A stretch of DNA of 64,000 nucleotides from Escherichia coli O157 typing phage 14. Below the pieces are notes generated by a model that saw nothing but the letters and a program-made list of their open reading frames with translations, did not search any database and was not told where the DNA came from. A program made the translations under genes and the position numbers. Shown piece after piece: positions 57,593-64,000 of the stretch (the stretch's first letter is position 1; the number at the start of each line of letters is the position of its first letter). The DNA lies in the sequence record KP869112. One strand, written 5' to 3'.

Positions 57593-57695
57593 TAACCGAT
57601 ACCGTGGGAAGATAGGATCATGTTAGCCATAGTTGCAACCACTCCAACCGATAATGCCAGGCCAACTACTACAACCGTGAAAATTTTCTCTAACA
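57593..57695 (-). CDS. small hydrophobic peptide (about 33 aa)
   Basis: Hand-translated: MLEKIFTVVVVGLALSVGVVATMANMILSSHG..., GAGGGT SD; below ORF-track cutoff; coordinates approximate. Confidence 0.3.
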
Positions 57696-57782
57696 TGATT
57701 CTACCCTCATTAATGGGCGTTGCCTTATTGCCCCGCCCTACGAAATACATTCTACCCGATTTGTAATTGTTGTCAAACTATT

Positions 57783-57962
57783 TTAACGATAATCATCATA
57801 TGCTTTATTTACCTGGCGAATATAACATTCAAAAGCCAGATCAATAGATTTATATTCACGAATATACTCACCATAGGAAACCACATACATTTCTATAGCT
57901 TCCTCATATGCGAGGAGAATAGAATCTAAGCCTACGATCTCAGTCTTTGCAATAATAGCCAT
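57783..57962 (-). CDS. hypothetical protein (59 aa) missing from the ORF track
   Basis: Hand-translated: MAIIAKTEIVGLDSILLAYEEAIEMYVVSYGEYIREYKSIDLAFECYIRQVNKAYDDYR; preceded by a GC hairpin and AAAGAGGA SD. Confidence 0.45.
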   Translation of the reverse strand: MAIIAKTEIVGLDSILLAYEEAIEMYVVSYGEYIREYKSIDLAFECYIRQVNKAYDDYR

Positions 57963-58038
57963 GATTTTTATCCTCTTTGTGGTTGGTGGGGCTTGTTGCC
58001 CCCCTTTGATTTATATATTACAGTCTTATATGGTCATG

Positions 58039-58272
58039 TCAACTATTTTCAAAAAATTTTTCTGCTGTGATATTTTTCCCGGTCGGATTCGCTACTTTCA
58101 AAATTTTATCATGTACTGGACGCCCAAAAGAATAAGATCCGTATACAGTAAACCAATAATCGCCGTCAGGCTGTACTATTACCGCCGCATATGGTACGCC
58201 TTTTTCGTTTTTGCTGACAAAATAGATCACATTGCCATTAATAGCCTCAGCGCGTTTAATTTGTTCCATCAT
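58039..58272 (-). CDS. hypothetical protein
   Basis: 77 aa; preceded by a GC hairpin and AAAGAGAGG SD. Confidence 0.4.
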   Translation of the reverse strand: MMEQIKRAEAINGNVIYFVSKNEKGVPYAAVIVQPDGDYWFTVYGSYSFGRPVHDKILKVANPTGKNITAEKFFENS

Positions 58273-58326
58273 GATGATTTACCTCTCTTTATTTTCATAA
58301 TTGGGGCCTTTTCGGCCCCGCCAGGT

Positions 58327-58611
58327 TTATTTATTGATAGCGTGCAGCGGGAAAGGTACGCCAGGTTGATAGATAACTTTTACAACCTCATCAGGGCAAA
58401 AGAAATTGCAGAATTCCCCCTGATAAGCCTCATCCTCTTTCAATTCTTCATCAACATACTCAAAAAAGTAGTCAACACTTGGATAATCTTGCCCTGGGTT
58501 ATAGTCAACCATTGTCAGGACCAGTTCAAGATCGTTGCGTAGGATATGCATACCCGCTTTTAAGTATTTTGCTTCCATTTCTACTACATCGCCAGCGGTA
58601 ACAATAGCCAT
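58327..58611 (-). CDS. hypothetical acidic protein
   Basis: 94 aa; upstream TATGGATAAT extended -10-like motif and GGGGGG...CCCCCC hairpin. Confidence 0.4.
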   Translation of the reverse strand: MAIVTAGDVVEMEAKYLKAGMHILRNDLELVLTMVDYNPGQDYPSVDYFFEYVDEELKEDEAYQGEFCNFFCPDEVVKVIYQPGVPFPLHAINK

Positions 58612-58813
58612 GGTTTTAACTCCTATCTATCCGGTTAATGATTGGGGGGCCTCCCCCCTGACACGTCCTATTATCCATATTGTAGGGCTTGATGCAAGTA
58701 CTTCTTTAAAAAATTTTTAAGCGCCTTGGGGCCGCTGTAACGCTAAAATAATAAAGGCCATGCAACCGCATAGCCTTTATGTGATTATATCACTGCAGGA
58801 CCTGCTAGAGGCC

Positions 58814-59164
58814 TTATTTTGCATTCTTGCCTGTATTGCCGCCACGGTACCAGCGTTTGCGGTGAAAATGGTAATAATCACCCTCGGCATTAAACATCAG
58901 ATGATTTTCAATAACCAGCTTACGAAGGTGGGCCGGATCTTGTTCCATTCTTGCCAGATTCCGGCGGCTGTTACGTAAGCGTATAAATTCCATATTCAGG
59001 CCGTTGATTGCAGCATGGATGTCAAAGTAACCACCTTTGAGACGTTCACGCATGGCGTTAAGCTCAACACAATATACAGATTTCTCACAAATCAAGGTAT
59101 TAGCTAGGGCGCGGACCTGGGCAAGGGGGTTAAGCTCATTAAGGTAATATAGTTTGACTTTCAT
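58814..59164 (-). CDS. hypothetical basic protein
   Basis: 116-aa ORF. Confidence 0.4.
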   Translation of the reverse strand: MKVKLYYLNELNPLAQVRALANTLICEKSVYCVELNAMRERLKGGYFDIHAAINGLNMEFIRLRNSRRNLARMEQDPAHLRKLVIENHLMFNAEGDYYHFHRKRWYRGGNTGKNAK

Positions 59165-59181
59165 AAAATCGCCTGCTGAAA

Positions 59182-59481
59182 TTAGTTTGAGAAAACATCG
59201 TTCACAATAGCGATCACAATGCCGCCCACCTTGTCACGGTCAACAATGCACAAATCACCATGGATCATGCGGTAGTCTGGATGATCTTTCACAGAATAGT
59301 CAATAAGTGTTTTCTTGTCGTCCAGCTTCGTAACTTCCATTCTCATAACGATATGAGAATCATCAAAGGCATTATTCCGAAAAGTCATAGCCTGACCGCC
59401 AGGGCACCCGGTGATCTCCACTTCCACACCATCTACGATCTGACCATCAAAGAAATAAAGATTATTAGCCTGGATAAACAT
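59182..59481 (-). CDS. hypothetical protein
   Basis: Start at ATG 59481 (AAGGA SD). Confidence 0.4.
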   Translation of the reverse strand: MFIQANNLYFFDGQIVDGVEVEITGCPGGQAMTFRNNAFDDSHIVMRMEVTKLDDKKTLIDYSVKDHPDYRMIHGDLCIVDRDKVGGIVIAIVNDVFSN

Positions 59482-59574
59482 GTCTATCACTCCTTGTTAA
59501 CTGCGTGGTATTTTAACAGGGTTTAAATTTACTTTATTGATGGCCCTGGAGTCAAGGCCATCTAAAAATAAATT

Positions 59575-59775
59575 TTACAGGCCTACAATCTCTTTGATTC
59601 GTTTAACCGCTGCCTCAGCGCCTTGGGGGTAAAAATTATGGTAACCAATCACGCGAGTGATACTAATCGCCGTTTGATGATCTTCATAGTCGCCCTTGAA
59701 GATTTCTTGACCGTCAATCAGCACGGCAATTTTTTCTTCTTTTTTGAAGTTAATAACGCGGATATTGTTGCTCAT
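59575..59775 (-). CDS. hypothetical protein
   Basis: 66 aa; upstream TATGGATAAT motif and GGGGA...TCCCC hairpin. Confidence 0.4.
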   Translation of the reverse strand: MSNNIRVINFKKEEKIAVLIDGQEIFKGDYEDHQTAISITRVIGYHNFYPQGAEAAVKRIKEIVGL

Positions 59776-60030
59776 TTTGTTTCTCCTTTCTGGTTTTTGT
59801 GTTGGTGGGGATGTTTCCCCGTTGATTGTTATTATCCATATTGCGGACCAGATTGCAACACCCTGGAAGAAAAATTTTTTGAAAAAGTTAAGCCCCCCAT
59901 GATCGGGGGCGTTATCAGTTACTTATAGCAATAAAGTACATTCCTACCCCTAACAATATTTCAAGGGCGATGATCTCAAGCCATACCATAACCTGGCGCA
60001 CCTTATCGGTGCGGGGCTTATCCTTGGTTG

Positions 60031-60276
60031 TCATCGTCTCCCCCTTTCCTCCTGGTAGTAGTGACGTAGTTTACAATGGCCCCCAGGAGTACCATCACCA
60101 CGCACATCATAAGAAAAATTATCTCTGTCGTTGTTCGATCCATTGTTATAAAATTCCTCAAGATCAGGCCTGAAAATAAAGCGTTCGTTATTGAATCCAT
60201 CACGCCAGGCGGCTGGCTTCAAATCTTCATTAAAGGGATTAATTAACGTGGTATTATTTAAACGGCTGGCCCACAT
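60031..60276 (-). CDS. hypothetical protein
   Basis: Start at ATG 60276 (GAGAGGAA SD); overlaps the upstream gene's 3' end by about 22 nt, so uncertain. Confidence 0.3.
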   Translation of the reverse strand: MWASRLNNTTLINPFNEDLKPAAWRDGFNNERFIFRPDLEEFYNNGSNNDRDNFSYDVRGDGTPGGHCKLRHYYQEERGRR

Positions 60277-60625
60277 ATTTTCTATTCCTCTCAAATAGGC
60301 GATCCGCCTCAGTTAAACATATCTCATGGGCTTGATCTCTGGTTTTAGCCTCATCAAAAACTTGTTGTGCCAGGCTGCAGCGCAAGGAGACCGGAAGATC
60401 ACTATAATAGGCGTTAACAAAAGTTTGGGCGTCATACAGGTCGGAAAATACTTTACCCTTCTTATTATTATCCTTGTCAACAATTGCAAGGATAACTAGT
60501 ACAATGGTTGCAACCACCCCCAAGAAAATAGATATAATAAACCATAAAAAGGCGGATCTACCCATCTTGCCAGCTATCCAGGCGTTGAACAAGGCAACTA
60601 CTACAGCCAAAATAATAAATTCCAT
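60254..60625 (-). CDS. membrane protein
   Basis: Start at internal ATG 60625 (AAGAGG SD); two transmembrane helices (ILAVVVALFNAWIAG, LWFIISIFLGVVATIVLVILAIV). Confidence 0.45.
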   Translation of the reverse strand: MEFIILAVVVALFNAWIAGKMGRSAFLWFIISIFLGVVATIVLVILAIVDKDNNKKGKVFSDLYDAQTFVNAYYSDLPVSLRCSLAQQVFDEAKTRDQAHEICLTEADRLFERNRKYVGQPFK

Positions 60626-60692
60626 TCTATGTACCTCTTTTGCAGTTCTGTTTAACAATAAGGCGGCAAATATGCCGCCGCCTGTTACCTGA

Positions 60693-61073
60693 TTAAAAAC
60701 TATCGCCGTAAATCTTCCCGCTTTCTGCCCACACCACCACGCGGGGCATACTATCCCACACATCTTGTTTTAGATTGAGCGCGTGCAATTCTTCGATGGT
60801 GCCCATACCGGGCACGGGCTGATTGTATACTGCAAAACGACCACCCGCATAATCATAGGCTAGAATTAAATCACACTGGATCATCTTTTTGATCATGGCA
60901 TTAAGCATGGCGTTAGCCGCATACTGATCACGTTTTAAAGGCAACTCTTTGATTAGTTTGCGATAGTTTTCGATATGGTCGCACACTGTTTCACGCGGAA
61001 GATCTTTCATATCCTCGCGAAAGGTAACCAGGTTAAACATAACGGTGTAAATAGCTTTGGTAGTGTTTTTCAT
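60693..61073 (-). CDS. hypothetical protein
   Basis: 126 aa; upstream minus-strand promoter-like TTGCAA, 17-nt spacer, TATATT. Confidence 0.4.
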   Translation of the reverse strand: MKNTTKAIYTVMFNLVTFREDMKDLPRETVCDHIENYRKLIKELPLKRDQYAANAMLNAMIKKMIQCDLILAYDYAGGRFAVYNQPVPGMGTIEELHALNLKQDVWDSMPRVVVWAESGKIYGDSF

Positions 61074-61162
61074 GATGTTTTCCTCTTTGTTTTGTGTGGG
61101 GGCAAACGTCTTGCCCCTTGAGTTTTAATATAGCAGGTTTTTAGGTTATTGCAACACTTTAT

Positions 61163-61786
61163 TTATGAAAAAGTCATCTCGCCATATTCATCCACATCAA
61201 ACCGCCAATCATTGGCCTCGATAAGGCCGATCAGGTTTTCGGTGGTGAATTGTTCAAGATAGGCTTGCTCCAGGTCTACGTAAACCTTGCGGGATAACTC
61301 CCGTACCGTCTCGGTGATCAGCTCTTCCAGCTCTTCAACTTTATCCTCTTGCTTGGTGGTCAGGTCTAGCCAATTGGTATCGATGCACCCGCCTATTGTG
61401 TTTTCGTGATGATAATGGCTAAACGGGATACGTTCAACGCTGGCTGACAGTTCGCCATCATGCATTGTGCCGAACAAGTGTCTAATTAAGCGGAATTTTG
61501 TAAGCGCTTTAACCTTACGCAAGAATTTTTCTAAGTTTACATTTTCAGCGCTAATTGATGCGCCGTCGCCTTGACACCAAAAGCCGGACCAATGTATTTC
61601 GGTATCTTCAAGGCCATACTCTGGAAAAACATATTCTTTATAGTACTCAATTACACTTTCTGCAAAAAAGTTATCCCCGCTGTGTTCTTCTCTTTCGCGG
61701 ACCATTTCAACAGCTTTTTCTTTTTGTTCGTCGGTCAGCACGTCGAAAGATAAATTGTAACCTGTAGTAATGTTAACGGTGGTCAT
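61163..61786 (-). CDS. hypothetical acidic protein
   Basis: 207-aa ORF ending about 35 nt before the N run. Confidence 0.45.
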   Translation of the reverse strand: MTTVNITTGYNLSFDVLTDEQKEKAVEMVREREEHSGDNFFAESVIEYYKEYVFPEYGLEDTEIHWSGFWCQGDGASISAENVNLEKFLRKVKALTKFRLIRHLFGTMHDGELSASVERIPFSHYHHENTIGGCIDTNWLDLTTKQEDKVEELEELITETVRELSRKVYVDLEQAYLEQFTTENLIGLIEANDWRFDVDEYGEMTFS

Positions 61787-61820
61787 GATATTTTCTCCTA
61801 TTTTCTTTGTTAGTGGCGGG

Positions 61821-62094
61821 NNNNNNNNNNNNNNNNNNNNNNNNNNNNNNNNNNNNNNNNNNNNNNNNNNNNNNNNNNNNNNNNNNNNNNNNNNNNNNNN
61901 NNNNNNNNNNNNNNNNNNNNNNNNNNNNNNNNNNNNNNNNNNNNNNNNNNNNNNNNNNNNNNNNNNNNNNNNNNNNNNNNNNNNNNNNNNNNNNNNNNNN
62001 NNNNNNNNNNNNNNNNNNNNNNNNNNNNNNNNNNNNNNNNNNNNNNNNNNNNNNNNNNNNNNNNNNNNNNNNNNNNNNNNNNNNNNNNNNNNNN
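61821..62094. other. assembly gap (run of 274 N)
   Basis: Uninterrupted N characters. Confidence 0.99.
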
Positions 62095-62247
62095 TTTAAT
62101 CACTGGACGGCCTTGCCAGTGCCCTTGGAGAAAGCGCGCTTTAACTTTATCGGTGGAACTATCACGCCACCAAACGGCTTTATTATTGCAGTAGTAAAAA
62201 TTATTCAGGACAACATCGACTTTATCAAAATTTTTTAATTTACGCAT
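62095..62247 (-). CDS. hypothetical protein, 3' end lost in the gap
   Basis: Minus-strand ORF starts at 62247 (MRKLKNFDKVDVVLNNFYYCNNK...) and runs into the N run. Confidence 0.3.
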
Positions 62248-62450
62248 GGCGTTTACTCCTTCCTTCTTGCTTTGATGTGGTTAGTATATCCGGACTATCC
62301 CAAGGTGTCAAGCTTTAAATAGAATCACTGTCAATAATATTTTTAACGCCATAAAACGGCCCTAGACGCTGTTTTCAGGTTAAGAAAGGGGATTGCATAG
62401 GTAGGGGCCTTTATGGCGCTTGTAGGGCCAACCAGGGGCGCTATCGGCGG

Positions 62451-62484
62451 GATAGAAATAAAAAGCCCCGCACAATGGCGGGGC
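62451..62484 (-). terminator. rho-independent terminator (minus strand)
   Basis: Minus strand: GCCCCGC-cattgt-GCGGGGC followed by TTTTATTTC. Confidence 0.6.
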
Positions 62485-62492
62485 GTTGGTTG

Positions 62493-62714
62493 CTATTTGT
62501 CTTTGTGGCGGTATCGTTCCGCCTGTCGTTCACGTTCCAAAAGCAGGCCCGGTAATTTGCGATCATAGTGATTTCTCCAGATCTTCCCGAACCTTTTCGG
62601 TTTATTCGGTTTATTGTTACGCTGGCGGCGTTCCGGCAGCTCTTCGGAATCGTGGGGGCGCTTTACAATTTTTTCGAAATTAATTTTCATAAACGCCCCC
62701 TTTACTGATCTCAA
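62493..62714 (-). CDS. hypothetical basic protein
   Basis: 73 aa, Arg/Lys-rich. Confidence 0.4.
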   Translation of the reverse strand: MRSVKGAFMKINFEKIVKRPHDSEELPERRQRNNKPNKPKRFGKIWRNHYDRKLPGLLLERERQAERYRHKDK

Positions 62715-63051
62715 TATTTGCCTGAATCGCCCGGATACGACGTTTTATAGTCTCCTGATCCTTGCAATCATATCCCCAAAAGTCTACGATTTTTGCGCCG
62801 CCAGCCTTTAAGCGGTATAATGTTTCTTGCATCTTGTAAGCTGGGATCGGTCTCGGTGTTACCTGGTCCCCTTTCTCATCCTTGTACTTGATAATGTAGT
62901 CTTCATTGTCGTTGAATACCCAAAATGGGTATTCTGTAAGCGCGTTGCTCTCTTTTTCGTTTTTGGATTGGATCTTGTTTACAATTAAAGCCGTAGCAAT
63001 AGCGCCAATAATAAAACTTGCCCCGCTGATCATGTTACTTTCTCCTTTCAT
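62680..63051 (-). CDS. hypothetical protein with N-terminal transmembrane segment
   Basis: ISGASFIIGAIATALIV then soluble domain. Confidence 0.4.
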   Translation of the reverse strand: MKGESNMISGASFIIGAIATALIVNKIQSKNEKESNALTEYPFWVFNDNEDYIIKYKDEKGDQVTPRPIPAYKMQETLYRLKAGGAKIVDFWGYDCKDQETIKRRIRAIQANIEISKGGVYEN

Positions 63052-63109
63052 TGTGCTGATAAACTATCTTTATAGATGGCCCTGCTACCAGGACCACCGA
63101 AAAAACAGT

Positions 63110-63355
63110 TTATTTGACGATACCGACAAAACAGATCCCGCCTTCCCCTATATAGGCAACATCGGTAATTTTATAATTTGTCAAGATCCGCGTGTTCAGA
63201 TCATTAATAAAATCGGTCATCGCGTTGGTGTAGTTGTCTTCCGTGTCTAAGGCATAATCCCAGGTGTAAACCTTTTTACGTCCGAAGCCTTTTACCATGA
63301 TACGGGCGCTTTTGGTGTTGGTAGGGGCATAATATTTGGTGATTAGTGCTGCCAT
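63110..63355 (-). CDS. hypothetical protein
   Basis: 81-aa ORF. Confidence 0.4.
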   Translation of the reverse strand: MAALITKYYAPTNTKSARIMVKGFGRKKVYTWDYALDTEDNYTNAMTDFINDLNTRILTNYKITDVAYIGEGGICFVGIVK

Positions 63356-63444
63356 GGTTTTAACTCCTCTGAATTAGTTCAGTGTTAACAGTATAAAGTT
63401 TACTTTATTGATGGCCCTGAAGTCAAGGCCATCTAAAAATAATC

Positions 63445-63786
63445 TTACTCGTTTTCTTCCAGCTCTGCAAGCTCTTCTTTTGCTTCTTCTAACTCTGTCT
63501 GTAGTTCCTGGTATTCTTCATCGTCCTCAATATCCAGGCTGTCGATGTAGTCGCTAAATCCGCAGCGGTAAGCGATAGGATCTAGCTCCTCGAGGATACG
63601 CGACGGAAGAAAAGAAATGTTTCCGATCATAATTTCGCCGTAGATCTCGTCTAACCATTCATCATAGTTTTCGTCGTACTTGTCCTCGTCGATTTCAAAG
63701 TTATCGATCTTATTCTCAAGGTCTGCGATCTGTTTTTTCAGCGCGGCGATCTGCATGGCTTTTTCTGCGGCGGTCATAGTAGTCAT
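63445..63786 (-). CDS. hypothetical acidic coiled-coil protein
   Basis: 113 aa, very acidic. Confidence 0.4.
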   Translation of the reverse strand: MTTMTAAEKAMQIAALKKQIADLENKIDNFEIDEDKYDENYDEWLDEIYGEIMIGNISFLPSRILEELDPIAYRCGFSDYIDSLDIEDDEEYQELQTELEEAKEELAELEENE

Positions 63787-63864
63787 GGTGTTTTTCTCCT
63801 TTTGTGTGTTCTGGGAAGTTTTCCCGTCTATGTGTTTAGTATACTGATCTAAGTTAGCTTGTCA

Positions 63865-63984
63865 ATTAAAAGTTTAAGAAAAATTTTGCGATACCGTTGG
63901 CGCTACCCATCAACATTTGCGCCAGGATGTAACCAATGATGCAAACGATAATAGTTACCTTTGTGTGCTGGCGTGTAGTACTCA
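63865..63984 (-). CDS. small hydrophobic peptide (about 39 aa)
   Basis: Hand-translated: MSTTRQHTKVTIIVCIIGYILAQMLMGSANGIAKFFLNF; AAGGGGG SD; coordinates approximate. Confidence 0.3.
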
Positions 63985-64000
63985 TCTTTAAGCCCCCTTT

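Noticed and set aside
61770-62247. ORFs translated through the N run
   Set aside because: Translations are mostly X; artefacts of the gap, apart from the real 5' end of the minus-strand ORF at 62247.

Overview
This 64-kb window reads as a contiguous piece of a large virulent tailed-phage (Caudoviricetes) genome, not a bacterial chromosome. I could not run any searches, so every call rests on motifs, gene order and hand-folding. Layout: (1) 1-9.4 kb, minus strand: head morphogenesis, DNA packaging and lysis genes (capsid, scaffold-like, portal, large terminase, Rz/Rz1-type spanins). The large terminase gene is split by a group I intron that carries an endonuclease VII-type homing endonuclease ORF. 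(2) 9.8-10.6 kb: seven minus-strand tRNA genes, one structurally atypical. (3) 12.5-13.1 kb: a non-coding block with a six-unit palindromic repeat array beside an AT-rich stretch. (4) 13.6-15.6 kb: an RNA healing-and-sealing cassette (polynucleotide kinase, metallophosphoesterase, Rnl1-type RNA ligase), followed by a Sir2-family protein. (5) 16.7-41 kb, plus strand: DNA and nucleotide metabolism (DNA ligase, endolysin, FEN-type nuclease, RuvC-like and EndoVII-like nucleases, two DNA methyltransferases, dNMP kinase, ThyX-like protein, NrdA/NrdB/glutaredoxin/NrdD/NrdG, PhoH, ClpP-like protease). (6) 42-52.5 kb: a dense array of small plus-strand genes, including a family of about 10 paralogous small acidic proteins and a ribosome hibernation factor homolog. 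(7) 52.5-55 kb: a 2.4-kb repeat-rich non-coding region where transcription converges. (8) 55-64 kb: a minus-strand block of small genes, several with their own promoter and 5' hairpin, and a run of N (61821-62094). Most small ORFs have no assignable function.
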